Assembly (NCBI GenBank): GCA_045106515.1
Contig: JBGCER010000082.1
Coordinates: forward strand, 1 to 48,534
Length of the DNA stretch: 48,534 bases
From: Myxococcota bacterium
GTDB taxonomy: Bacteria > Myxococcota_A > UBA796 > GCA-2862545
Direction of reading: 5' to 3'
Shown: positions 25,235 to 34,456 of the stretch, piece by piece
How the letters are laid out: every line of letters starts with the position of its first letter
Position numbering within the stretch: position 1 is the stretch's first letter
The notes under the pieces: generated by a model
The model's database searches: none
Seen by the model: only the letters and a program-made list of their open reading frames with translations
What the model was told of the DNA's origin: nothing
Position numbers and translations under genes: made by a program

Positions 25235-27802
25235 CTAGCGCCAGTCTCCGGCCACCACGAAGGCCGCCCACACCCATGGGGTGTTGTGGGCTTCACTCTT
25301 GAGCAAGCTGCGCTGCGCCATGGCCATCGACGTCGCCGCGTCGGTGCCCTTTGCGAGCTCGGCATAGAAGGCTTGCATGAGGGCTTTTGTGCCCTCGTCG
25401 TCGACCTTCCACAGGCTCGCCACCAGGGTCTCGACGCCAGCCCGACGGAATTGGGCTGCGAGGCCTTGGATGCTCACCACCCCGTCGCCCCCGCGGGCTT
25501 GCACGGGGCGTCCTGACTCACACGCGGACAGCACGACGATCCGAGCATGGGAGAGATAGGGTGCCAAGCCCGGAATCTCGCGGTAGCTCAGGCGGCCGGC
25601 CGCGTCGTCTCCGGCGAGGACCAGGTAGCTGCGGTTGGGTTCCACCGCGTCGATGCGACCATGGGTGGCCAAGTGCAGGGTCGTGCGGCCTTTGAGCTGT
25701 TCGAGCACGGCCTCGCGCGTGGCGCGCTCTCCCACCAGGACCGTGGACCCTCGGAACGCACCTGAGATGGCGCGGACCTCCGCTTCTGCGCCGGGAAGGG
25801 TGCCGTCTGGGTTGCCCACGAGCAACAGCGTTGGGCCCTCGACCCGCAAGGCCTGTGGCGCCCCTCGCAGGCTGCCCACGTGGCTGATGGACGCGACAGC
25901 GGCGTCTTGCATCAGGTAGCGGTCGTTGTGGCGCAGCAGGCCGAATGGCAGCTGTTTGAGGGAGCCGGCGGCGGACACCACAACCGTGGATGCGCCCTCG
26001 AGATCGCCAGCGATGGGCGTCCATAGCCATCCGCCGAGCGTCTGGGCGAGGGGGTCGAGGGCGGCGCGGTCCCGGAGGCCGGCTCGCAGGGCGCGGGTGA
26101 GCTTGGACACGGTCTTGTCGAGGGTCGCGGCGTCGACAGGTACATCGACGGTGCGCAGGCTGTTGCGGGTGAAGACCAGCAAGACCAGGCGATCTTGCAG
26201 GATGATGGGCTGCACCACCGCCACGCCTTCTGGTAGCTCCGACTGCAGCGCCTCTAGGTCTTCAGGGGCGACTCGGATCCGGGCGTCGAGGTCGCCGACG
26301 TCGGTGCGCAGGCGGTCCACGGTGTCGGCGAACTCGACACGGAGACGGGCCAGGTTGTCGCGGAGCACCATGGCGCGGATGGTCTCGCCCTTGGCCACGA
26401 CTTCGTCGCCGATCGCCTGCTGGATCGCGGCCTCTTGTTGGGCCATAGACGTCAGCTTCGGCGCGTTGGCCGGCTGCGTGCTCAGGGCGAGACGCTCCGC
26501 GGTCGCCAGGGCCTTGAGCGGCTCGCCCGCCCGGAGGTGCAGGTCAGCGAGGGCCTGGTAGACGCCGTCGTGGTCGGCGATGAACGAGGTGGACGCATCA
26601 GCGGGCAATAGTCGTCGGCGAAGCTCCAACACGTCTACGGCGGCCGTCAGGAGTTCTATGGCGCGCGCGTCGTTGTTTTGGTCTCGGGCGACGTAGCCGC
26701 GCACGACCAGGGCCTGCCATTGCACCTCTGGAAGCTCCAGCTTGATGGCCGATTTGTAGGCTTGTTTTGCCCGGTCATCTGCGGTGCTCGGGTCGGCCCT
26801 TAGCCCTTGCTGGGCCAGGCGCAGAACCACCTGCGCTTCGAGTCTTGGGTCGCGGTTTGCCTTGGCCTCGGCCAGCAGTGCGTTGAGCTGGTCGGTCGAC
26901 AGGGGCTGCACGGCGTCGAGGTCCAGCCGGACGCGCCTGGCTTGGGCCCCGCGGCCGGTCTGGGTGAAGGCCGCGACGGCGGACTCCAGGTGAGCGGCCG
27001 CGCGTTTTGCGTTGCCCGCCTGCCAAGCGAGGGCGCCTAGCAGTTGATGAATCGATCCTTGCTGGGCCAAGTCCTTGCGGTCTTGGGCCGCGGCGAGCGC
27101 CTGCTCCAGGTGCGTCTGTGCGGCCGCTGGGCGAGCGAGATCGGCCTCGACGGCTGCGAGGTTAATCAAGGTGTCGACCTGGCCGGCTTCGTCACCGATG
27201 CTCTTGTACAGGGCCAAGACCCCGTCGAGTTGCTCACGGGCGAGGCGCAGCTCTCCCCGGCGTCGGTGGCTCAGGGCGAGGTTTGCCGTCGCGTCCGCCT
27301 CGCCGGCCGGGTCCTTGAGGGCGATAAAGATCGTCCTCGCGGCGTCGAGGGCGTGGCTCGCATCCTCTACATTCCCCACCTGCAGGGAGAAGGCGCCCAG
27401 GTTGAGCGCGGCGTTCGCCGCCCCCTGAGGGTCTTTGGCTTCTTTGTAGAACGCCAGGGACTTCCGGAACGCCTCCAAGGTCGCCCTCGTGTCACCGGTG
27501 TGCATAGAAATCCGGCCATACGATAGGTATATCGCCGCATCTTTGGCTGGGCCCTTGCCGAGCCGACTGGCCTCGTTGATCACGTTCAGCGCCAGGCCGA
27601 CCCGTCCGAGTTCCCGATAGGCGGCGCTCATCTTGAGCAAGATCTCGCGTTCAGCGTCGGGGTCGTTTTGCGCCCGCGTTTGCTTGAGCGCGTCGCCCCA
27701 CGCGATGAGGGCTGCGGGGTAGTCCCCGTCGGCAAAGGCGTCGTCGCCCGTGTCGACCGGGCCCGCGACGGCCCAGCAGCACCAGAGCAAGAACCACATC
27801 AC
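25235..27802 (-). CDS. Exported TPR-repeat / CHAT-domain (caspase-like) protease
   Basis: The N-terminus MMWFLLWCCWAVAG is hydrophobic. Multiple TPR-like repeats follow. The C-terminal CHAT blocks are TLHLATHG, IVVLSACESG and LVASLWKVDD, with the His/Cys dyad intact. The start overlaps the upstream stop. Confidence 0.85.
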   Translation of the reverse strand: MMWFLLWCCWAVAGPVDTGDDAFADGDYPAALIAWGDALKQTRAQNDPDAEREILLKMSAAYRELGRVGLALNVINEASRLGKGPAKDAAIYLSYGRISMHTGDTRATLEAFRKSLAFYKEAKDPQGAANAALNLGAFSLQVGNVEDASHALDAARTIFIALKDPAGEADATANLALSHRRRGELRLAREQLDGVLALYKSIGDEAGQVDTLINLAAVEADLARPAAAQTHLEQALAAAQDRKDLAQQGSIHQLLGALAWQAGNAKRAAAHLESAVAAFTQTGRGAQARRVRLDLDAVQPLSTDQLNALLAEAKANRDPRLEAQVVLRLAQQGLRADPSTADDRAKQAYKSAIKLELPEVQWQALVVRGYVARDQNNDARAIELLTAAVDVLELRRRLLPADASTSFIADHDGVYQALADLHLRAGEPLKALATAERLALSTQPANAPKLTSMAQQEAAIQQAIGDEVVAKGETIRAMVLRDNLARLRVEFADTVDRLRTDVGDLDARIRVAPEDLEALQSELPEGVAVVQPIILQDRLVLLVFTRNSLRTVDVPVDAATLDKTVSKLTRALRAGLRDRAALDPLAQTLGGWLWTPIAGDLEGASTVVVSAAGSLKQLPFGLLRHNDRYLMQDAAVASISHVGSLRGAPQALRVEGPTLLLVGNPDGTLPGAEAEVRAISGAFRGSTVLVGERATREAVLEQLKGRTTLHLATHGRIDAVEPNRSYLVLAGDDAAGRLSYREIPGLAPYLSHARIVVLSACESGRPVQARGGDGVVSIQGLAAQFRRAGVETLVASLWKVDDEGTKALMQAFYAELAKGTDAATSMAMAQRSLLKSEAHNTPWVWAAFVVAGDWR

Positions 27803-28497
27803 AGGTCGAGCGCCGCCAGCTCAGCCTTCGCAGCAGCCAGGTTATCGTCGCTCGCTACGGCCTTCTCGAAGGATTCCCGCGCGCGAACTTTGTCTTTGCC
27901 GTCCAGGAAGATCAGGCCTTCGGAGTAGGCGACTGCCGCTTCTACGGCTTCGGGATCGTGCTGCACCAAGGCGGTGTTTGCGTCGCCGCCTCGGGTGGCG
28001 GAGGCCCCGCCCTCTTTCGCCTCTGGGGATGGGTTGCCCGCGAGGTGAGCCTTGAGCTCGTTGGCGAGTCTCTTCTCGAGGGAGAGGAACTCGGGGGCCG
28101 TACCGTTGACGCCGTGTGCGTGCACGATCTCGCCGGTCTCGACCTTGACCAGGCGGGCGTCGATTCGCAGGGTGCCAGCGAGCTCGAAGTACCCACCCAT
28201 GACGATCCACTCGGCGCCTAGCAACTTACCGACTTTGGCCGCGGTCTTCTTGTCCACCATGCCGCTGTGTCCGAGCTCGAGCTCGTCCAAGATCTGCTGC
28301 ACGCGCTGCCGCTCGACCACGGTCACGTCGGGCGTGCCTTGCAGGTCGGTGATCAGCATCTGTGCCAGCCCGACCTTGAGCGGTTCGAGCTGCTCATTGC
28401 CCTGATTGTCGAAGTAGAGGACCGCCACCCGGTCGTCGGCCGCCGAGGCGGCAATGGGCAGGAGCAGCGAAAACATCAGGAAGAAGGAGCGAAACAT
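27799..28497 (-). CDS. Periplasmic CsgG/FlgO/LpoB-like scaffold protein with C-terminal TPR-like tail
   Basis: The signal is MFRSFFLMFSLLLPIAASA. VAVLYFDNQG...VVERQRVQQILDELEL...LGAEWIVMGGY...IDARLVKVETGEI matches the CsgG-like fold pattern. The start lies 8 nt after the CHASE2 stop. Confidence 0.5.
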   Translation of the reverse strand: MFRSFFLMFSLLLPIAASAADDRVAVLYFDNQGNEQLEPLKVGLAQMLITDLQGTPDVTVVERQRVQQILDELELGHSGMVDKKTAAKVGKLLGAEWIVMGGYFELAGTLRIDARLVKVETGEIVHAHGVNGTAPEFLSLEKRLANELKAHLAGNPSPEAKEGGASATRGGDANTALVQHDPEAVEAAVAYSEGLIFLDGKDKVRARESFEKAVASDDNLAAAKAELAALDL

Positions 28498-28505
28498 AGA
28501 CACCT

Positions 28506-30230
28506 CTAGTCGATGGCCCAGCCGCGAAGTCGAATCGCGACGATGCCCAAAATCAAGGAGGTAAGGGGAACAGAGAGGTCTAGCACCAGGCCGTCGGTCA
28601 GAGTAAAAATGATGGCGCCGATCAAGACCAGCACAAGGCCGCTGGCCAAAGCCAGGGCGGTGTGCAGGTCCTCCCGAAGTCGGGTGGAGGTCAGTACGAG
28701 GCCCAGCAGTACGACCCCTGCGAGGGTCCACATGGTCCATCGGGGCGCGGATTGTACGTGTCGACCCGACAGCAGGGTGTCGATGGCGTGGGCTTGAATG
28801 CGCGCCCCATCCATGTCGGTCCGCGTGGGCAGGGGGAAGCCGTATGGGGTGGCGAAGCGGTCATCGGCTTGGCCATCGACCCGCCCCACGACCACGATCT
28901 TGCCCTTGACCTCGTTGGAGAGCCAGGTGGGGATCTTCGCGGGCGTTTCCACTCCGGCCATCCGGTACAGGGCGGGCTCTGCGGCGAGTCTCAGGAGCTG
29001 TGCCGCCTGTACGGTGGCCAGCCCATCGGCGGACTCTGGGCCTCGAAAGTTGATGGGAAACGCCCCTTCCAATGCGGGGCCCCCCGGAAGGCCGAGGTCG
29101 GCCAGTGAGGTCTTGCACGACAGCGGCCGGGGGGTGCACCCGTCGGCGAGTCGGGCCAGCAGCGTATCGGTCGATGCCCGGCCAGGGTGCGTGTGCATCC
29201 ATGCGGCGAGAAGGGCCATATGTGGCGTGATCTGCGAGGCCCCCTGCGCCTGTCCGACGCTGGCGGGCCACGGCGCGCTCAGGCGGGCTCGGTCGACGCT
29301 CTGCACCAGCTGTGTGCCGCGCACGAGGCGCTCATCGGACGAGGTCCACAGGGCTTCTTCGCCGAGGTTGGCGAAGCCAGAGGCCATGGCTTCGCCCAGG
29401 GATGCCGCCGGTCCGGGCGCGAAGTGGGCGCCGACGGCCGCCTCGGTCACGACGAAGCGGTCCGCGGCGATGACCGCCCCGTGGGCGGTGCTCGCTTGGG
29501 CCAGCCGCTCGTCTCCAGGCGCGGGAGCATGGAGCAGGAAGTCAAGAACAATGACGTTCGCACCGGCACTATCAAGTATGCTTACCACCTCTCCGAGCAG
29601 GGCTCGTGGGGTCACCTCGGGCGCCGGGTCTTCGGGGTTCCAGAGGTACAACGCCTCGGTGCCGACCGTCACCAAGACCACCTCATCCGAGGTGACGGCG
29701 GGATAGGCACCGATCAGCTCACGAGCCTTGATGTAGAGGTCGCGCATTTCCCCATTGAAGCTGGTGAATAATAGGATCGATGCCATGAGGAACGTGACGG
29801 TCGTGACCACAACTTCGTAGGAGAGATGGCGAGAGAGTCGGGTGAACGTCTGTCCGGCTTTGGGTTGATCGGGCCCAATAAGCCACCGCTCAAACCACCG
29901 TTTCGGCTTTGCCGTGTCCTGCACCTCCGGGGGAGGTGGGGGTGCGGGGGGAGGCGTCGCGTTGAATTGGGCCTCTAGGTCGTCGACCACCTGGTCGTCC
30001 GAGTCCATCGAGGCCCGGGGTGCCGGAGATGGCGTCGGCGTGAGGCGCGCGCTGGTCGGACGGGCCGGGGGCGGGGTGCCGCGGAGGACGGCCGGCGCCG
30101 GATTGGGCGTCGGGTCCCGCTGTGCGAGGGGGATGCTCGCGTCCATGGAGCGCGGCCGGAGGGGCGGCGGGGTGCCGACGGGGGCGCTCGGACGCACCGG
30201 CGGCGCGCTGTCATCGGACTCGCTGCTCAC
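28506..30230 (-). CDS. Stand-alone CHASE2 sensor-domain membrane protein with Pro-rich cytoplasmic N-terminus and no recognisable output domain
   Basis: It has an N-terminal TM helix and a CHASE2-like periplasmic region (VVLVTVGTE..., NVIVLDFLL, KIVVVGRVDGQADDRFATPYG). Three C-terminal TM helices follow, and the protein then ends. The GTG start overlaps the FecR-like stop (GTGA at 30227-30230). Confidence 0.65.
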   Translation of the reverse strand: MSSESDDSAPPVRPSAPVGTPPPLRPRSMDASIPLAQRDPTPNPAPAVLRGTPPPARPTSARLTPTPSPAPRASMDSDDQVVDDLEAQFNATPPPAPPPPPEVQDTAKPKRWFERWLIGPDQPKAGQTFTRLSRHLSYEVVVTTVTFLMASILLFTSFNGEMRDLYIKARELIGAYPAVTSDEVVLVTVGTEALYLWNPEDPAPEVTPRALLGEVVSILDSAGANVIVLDFLLHAPAPGDERLAQASTAHGAVIAADRFVVTEAAVGAHFAPGPAASLGEAMASGFANLGEEALWTSSDERLVRGTQLVQSVDRARLSAPWPASVGQAQGASQITPHMALLAAWMHTHPGRASTDTLLARLADGCTPRPLSCKTSLADLGLPGGPALEGAFPINFRGPESADGLATVQAAQLLRLAAEPALYRMAGVETPAKIPTWLSNEVKGKIVVVGRVDGQADDRFATPYGFPLPTRTDMDGARIQAHAIDTLLSGRHVQSAPRWTMWTLAGVVLLGLVLTSTRLREDLHTALALASGLVLVLIGAIIFTLTDGLVLDLSVPLTSLILGIVAIRLRGWAID

Positions 30231-31054
30231 GGCTTGACGAGGCCTAGGCGCTGCTCGTAGGCGCGCCGCAACTCGACGATTTCCGTGCTCTCTGGGTGCG
30301 CTGCCGCCGCTGCATCTAGGGTCCAGAGCGCGTCGGCCGTTAGACCGGCGCTCCAGTAGATTCCCGCGACGACGCTGGGCTTCAGCGCGACGTCGTCTTC
30401 GCTGTCGCCGAGCAGGGACAGGCCGTGCTGCACGGCGGTCTTGACGCCTTTGCTCTGGCCTTGGGTGGCGATGGTCATGGCGAACTCCTCGTCGCCGACC
30501 CGCACCAAGTAGGGACCCGGCGCGAGGCTTGCGCCGTCATAGGCCGCGGTGTCCGTCGCTTGGGTGGTCCAGATGGGATCGTCGGCCATGAGCGGGGTGA
30601 GGCTCACGGTCTGGGGTCCGCAGTCTTCGCACCGCCAGGACACGCCGGCGAAGTGTTGGACTTGGCCTCCGGCGATGGGCCGGGTCAGGGTCAGGGCGCC
30701 GCCTCGGCTGGCCCCGGCTTTGGCGAACGAGACGTCGCGGGACAGGACCTGGGTGAGCGCCGCGCCGGACGTCTGGCCCTGCGTGCCCACCGACGGGGCA
30801 TGAAGGTCCGTCATGGACACGGTGCGGGGGCCTCGAAGGCGCGTCGCCGTGCCTTCCGCCAGCACGACCACGCTGCCGCCCTCACCTAAAGTGATGGTTT
30901 GTCCTGATTTAAGGACGAATGGGGCGCTTGGGGTTGTCCCATCGGCCTGGGTCACGGATCCGGTGGCCAGGGTGACCAGCGCGGTCTCTGCGGCCAAGGC
31001 CGGAGAGGCCATTGCGGCACATACGAGCACGATGGGCATGAAGTGGCGAGTCAT
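30227..31054 (-). CDS. Secreted FecR-domain protein
   Basis: The signal is MTRHFMPIVLVCAAMASPALA. LATGSVTQADG...LKSGQTITLGEGGSVVVLAEGTATRLRG has the FecR (PF04773) pattern. AGAGG lies 6 nt before the ATG at 31054. Confidence 0.6.
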   Translation of the reverse strand: MTRHFMPIVLVCAAMASPALAAETALVTLATGSVTQADGTTPSAPFVLKSGQTITLGEGGSVVVLAEGTATRLRGPRTVSMTDLHAPSVGTQGQTSGAALTQVLSRDVSFAKAGASRGGALTLTRPIAGGQVQHFAGVSWRCEDCGPQTVSLTPLMADDPIWTTQATDTAAYDGASLAPGPYLVRVGDEEFAMTIATQGQSKGVKTAVQHGLSLLGDSEDDVALKPSVVAGIYWSAGLTADALWTLDAAAAAHPESTEIVELRRAYEQRLGLVKP

Positions 31055-31151
31055 GGGCAACCTCTGTGGGAGCCATAGACGCTCCCCGCACCTGTCTTCT
31101 TCCCCGTTTGGGGTCAAGGCGCTCGGAAGGGGATGTAACGGCTTGGGCCGG

Positions 31152-31640
31152 CTACTCCTCGCACTCGTTGTGGCGTGGGTCATCGATCCGGGCAGTGACC
31201 GTCTCAGTGAGCGGATCGCCCTTGCTGTCCGGCACCGTCACCGTGACCTCAACTTCTTTGTCGTGCAAGGAGCACGGGCTGTCGAACCGATCGGGGTCGA
31301 AGATCAGGAAGCTGTTCCAGGCCTGGAGCGTCTGAGTGTCTTCGCTGCATCGGAAGGTGAGCCAAGCGCCTTCGTTGCGCGCCACAACCTCGCCATCGAT
31401 CGTGGCTTGCATCTCTGCGACCACCACACCGCGAGCGTCCAGGCCCGCCGCATCGAGGCCGATGAGCAGGTGCCATCCGCCCTGCGGTCCGTGAATCAGC
31501 TCATAACTGGGGTCTGTCTCGGACAAGGGTTCGAACGCGATCTCGCCGGCACCCACGGTAAGCCGCGGTTGAGCGGACCGAGCGCAGTCGCCACCACAGC
31601 CATGCATCATCGCGATCAGGAGCACTAGAGCTGACTTCAT
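31152..31640 (-). CDS. Lipoprotein, hypothetical
   Basis: The lipobox signal is MKSALVLLIAMMHGCGG. Confidence 0.5.
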   Translation of the reverse strand: MKSALVLLIAMMHGCGGDCARSAQPRLTVGAGEIAFEPLSETDPSYELIHGPQGGWHLLIGLDAAGLDARGVVVAEMQATIDGEVVARNEGAWLTFRCSEDTQTLQAWNSFLIFDPDRFDSPCSLHDKEVEVTVTVPDSKGDPLTETVTARIDDPRHNECEE

Positions 31641-31761
31641 GATGGAAGGGTAGCCTGAGCGGCTTCGACTGGCGTGGGCACGTGCTTGTCTTGTGTGGGT
31701 GGGGTCACTCAAGTTGCCTCCGCTTGGGCCGATGGGCCGGGCATGTGTGAACGGAGGCTTC

Positions 31762-32109
31762 ATGTCTGCTCCCAATCTATTGGACCTGTCTCGTCTGGAC
31801 GCCGCTCTCGGTGGAGATCGTGGCCTGATGACCGAGATCCTTCAGATGTATGAATCGACGGCCGCCATGGATGTGGAGGAGCTGTCGCAAGCCGTAGAGG
31901 ACGGAAATGTCGACACGGTCGTGCGTCGGGCCCACGCCATCAAAGGCGCCAGCGGCAACGTCGGCGCTGATGCGGTGATGGACGTGGCCGGTCGCATCGA
32001 GCGTGCGGGTCGCGATGGCGAGCTGGAACAGGCCCTGGCCTTGGTGCCCGACCTGCGCGCCGCGTTCGCCGAGACCCTGGCAGCGAGTCAGGCCTATCGG
32101 GCGGCTTAG
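31762..32109 (+). CDS. Stand-alone HPt (histidine phosphotransfer) protein
   Basis: RRAHAIKGASGNVGA is the HxxKG phospho-His motif. GGAGG lies 4 nt before the ATG at 31762. Confidence 0.8.
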   Translation: MSAPNLLDLSRLDAALGGDRGLMTEILQMYESTAAMDVEELSQAVEDGNVDTVVRRAHAIKGASGNVGADAVMDVAGRIERAGRDGELEQALALVPDLRAAFAETLAASQAYRAA

Positions 32110-32579
32110 TCGTCTGTGGGGGTCGGCCATTGAGGCCAGGGGCCTCCACCCATGAACCGTGCGGTCTGGCTGAGCAAGGACTCGGTGGGAATTGCGGGCT
32201 CACCTGCGGAGTCCAGCAGGTGCGTTGACGCCTCAAAGAGAAGCGCTGCCGCTGCCTTGTGGCCGGTATGCACGCGGATCCAGCACGCGGCGAGCTTAAT
32301 CAGGCCCATGGCCAAGGTGGCCCGCCTAGGATCGGTGGGTCGATAGCCCAGCCAGGCACGCTCCAACGTCTCATGAGCCTCCCATGGATAGCGATGGGCG
32401 AGGAGGTCGATGCCACGCCACAACAGGGTGTGGAGATCTGCGGTTTCGGGAAGTTCCCACTGGGGATCGGGGTCGTGCTTGGGGTGGGGTCCCACACCCG
32501 GTACGTAGCGGCGGCTGGGTAGCGGATGCGCGACCCGCAGCGGCGGAGGATCGACGGGAGCGGGGATGGGGCCAGGCAT
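32106..32579 (-). CDS. DUF309-domain protein
   Basis: YPWEAHETLERAW matches the DUF309 signature (xxEAHExLEExW). Confidence 0.6.
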   Translation of the reverse strand: MPGPIPAPVDPPPLRVAHPLPSRRYVPGVGPHPKHDPDPQWELPETADLHTLLWRGIDLLAHRYPWEAHETLERAWLGYRPTDPRRATLAMGLIKLAACWIRVHTGHKAAAALLFEASTHLLDSAGEPAIPTESLLSQTARFMGGGPWPQWPTPTDD

Positions 32580-32619
32580 GGGGCAGGCATAGCGCGATGC
32601 GACGTGGGCACCGGCGCGC

Positions 32620-34419
32620 CTACCCCGCCTGCAGCCACTCTCTCACCACGGTCGTGGGCGCACTCAGGTATTCCAAAGCGGCTTCTTCGGATAGGGGTCG
32701 GGCGAAGAGGTAGCCCTGGCCACGACAGGGACCCAGGGCGCTCAGCAGCTGCACTTGACCCTCAGTCTCGATGCCCTCGGCGGTCAGAGACAGGCCCATC
32801 TCTTGCGCCATGCGAGCCACCATTCGGACGATGGCGAGGCTTCTGGGGTCTTCCTCCGCCCTCATCACGAACTCCCGGTCGACCTTCAGCGCATCTACAG
32901 GGAGGTGGGCCAGGTTTGATAGTGAAGAGTATCCAGTTCCAAAGTCATCAATGTGTATTTGGCATCCGAGCGCGCGCAGGCGCTCCAGCATCAGCGCCTG
33001 TCGCTCTGGGTGGGCGAGCAAGGCGGTCTCGGTGATCTCGATGTTCACGAACCCACGGGCACGGGGGAATCGATTGAGGATCTCATCGATGCGGTCGACC
33101 AAGCCAAGTTCGCCGAACTGGAGGGGCGAGAGGTTGATGTTCATCCGAAGGTGGGCGCCTTCGGGTTGGCCACGCCACTGGTGCAGCGTGGCGCAGGCCT
33201 GCTCCAGAACCCAAGCGCCCACGGGAATGATCAGCCCCGTCTCTTCGGCCAGAGGGATGAACTCGGCGGGGGAGATGAAGCCTAAAACCGGGTCGGTCCA
33301 CCGAATAAGGGCTTCAAAACTGACGATACTCCGGTCTGGCAACTGCACGATCGGTTGGTAGACGAGGCTCAGGCGATCGTGGCGCAGGGCGTCACGAAGC
33401 CGCGCTTCCATGGTCAGTCGCTCAGCGTGGCCGGTGTCGGAGTCGGTGAAGGCGGCCCACCCCGAGGTACCGGTGGCTTTGGCCCTGGCCAGCGCCCGTT
33501 CGGCATCTCGCATGGCGGCGGAGGCGTCGGTCCAGCGGCCATCCATCCACAGCGTCCCGACGCACGCGCCCAGGACGATATTGTGCCCTTCCGCGGTCAG
33601 CGGCACCTTCAGCACGTCGATGAGCTGCTGGGAGAGCTCGGCGAGCGGTGGGGTCGTGTCGCCCTCGGCCGGCACGACGAGGGCGAAGAGGTCTCCGTTC
33701 ACTCGGGCGGCGAACGCGCTCTCTCCGCCGGCGCTTCGAATGCGCTCCGCCGCCTGGCAGAGCAGTCCGTCGCCGACCTTCGGCCCAAGTGCACGGTTAA
33801 CCGTCCTGAATCGGGCGATATCGATCAGGACGAGTCCGGCGTTTGCCGTGGTCGACTGAAGCACAGTCGTCAGATGCTCCACCAGCGCGAGGCGATTGGG
33901 CAGGCCAGTGAGGCCATCGTGCGTGGCGCTCCACATGGCTTGGTCTTCGGCGCTGCGCCGGGCGTGATCGTCGAAGAGAGCGCCGAGCAGGTGGGTGGGT
34001 CGGCCTTGTTCATCTCGGTGAACCGAGCCCCGCACGTCCACCCAGCGCCAGCTGCCATCGGCCTGGCACAAGCGATGACTGGCCTCAAACCGTTCGGATC
34101 GGCCGCGTAGGTGACGGCTCAGTGCCTTTCGGACTCCGCCTTCGTCGTCGGGGTGCACGCGGTCGAGCCAGTCTTGGCCGTTGTGGATGCGCCCGATCCC
34201 AGCGCTCTCCACGGTCTCTTCATCTCCGGACCAGTTCATGGCATTGGTTTGCAGATCCCATCTGAACAGGACAATCGGCGCGGACTCGACCAGCAGAGAG
34301 ACCAGCTCCTTGGCCTCATCGAGGCGGGCGATAAGCGTGGAGCGGTGATTCCAAGGCAGGTGGTCGGGCATGGGTCTCGCGGTGCTGACCCAGAAATCGG
34401 TGCCGCGGCACCAAGGCAT
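32620..34419 (-). CDS. PAS / degenerate-GGDEF / EAL protein, a probable c-di-GMP phosphodiesterase
   Basis: The PAS region is followed by GLTGLPNR. The GGDEF site reads NGDLF, which is degenerate. The EAL motifs FEALIRW, NINLSP, EITET, DDFGTGYSS and GQGYLFARP are intact. The start may be 34419 or an internal ATG at 34371. Confidence 0.85.
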   Translation of the reverse strand: MPWCRGTDFWVSTARPMPDHLPWNHRSTLIARLDEAKELVSLLVESAPIVLFRWDLQTNAMNWSGDEETVESAGIGRIHNGQDWLDRVHPDDEGGVRKALSRHLRGRSERFEASHRLCQADGSWRWVDVRGSVHRDEQGRPTHLLGALFDDHARRSAEDQAMWSATHDGLTGLPNRLALVEHLTTVLQSTTANAGLVLIDIARFRTVNRALGPKVGDGLLCQAAERIRSAGGESAFAARVNGDLFALVVPAEGDTTPPLAELSQQLIDVLKVPLTAEGHNIVLGACVGTLWMDGRWTDASAAMRDAERALARAKATGTSGWAAFTDSDTGHAERLTMEARLRDALRHDRLSLVYQPIVQLPDRSIVSFEALIRWTDPVLGFISPAEFIPLAEETGLIIPVGAWVLEQACATLHQWRGQPEGAHLRMNINLSPLQFGELGLVDRIDEILNRFPRARGFVNIEITETALLAHPERQALMLERLRALGCQIHIDDFGTGYSSLSNLAHLPVDALKVDREFVMRAEEDPRSLAIVRMVARMAQEMGLSLTAEGIETEGQVQLLSALGPCRGQGYLFARPLSEEAALEYLSAPTTVVREWLQAG

Positions 34420-34456
34420 GAGGGAGACCCGTTAGTCTTCGAGGCGCGGAGGAGCT

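Noticed and set aside
25235-27802. TPR-CHAT considered as a type III-E CRISPR Craspase (Csx29-like) component.
   Set aside because: The window has no CRISPR array, gRAMP/Cas7-11 or other cas genes. The protein has an N-terminal export-like hydrophobic segment and sits in an operon with periplasmic proteins.
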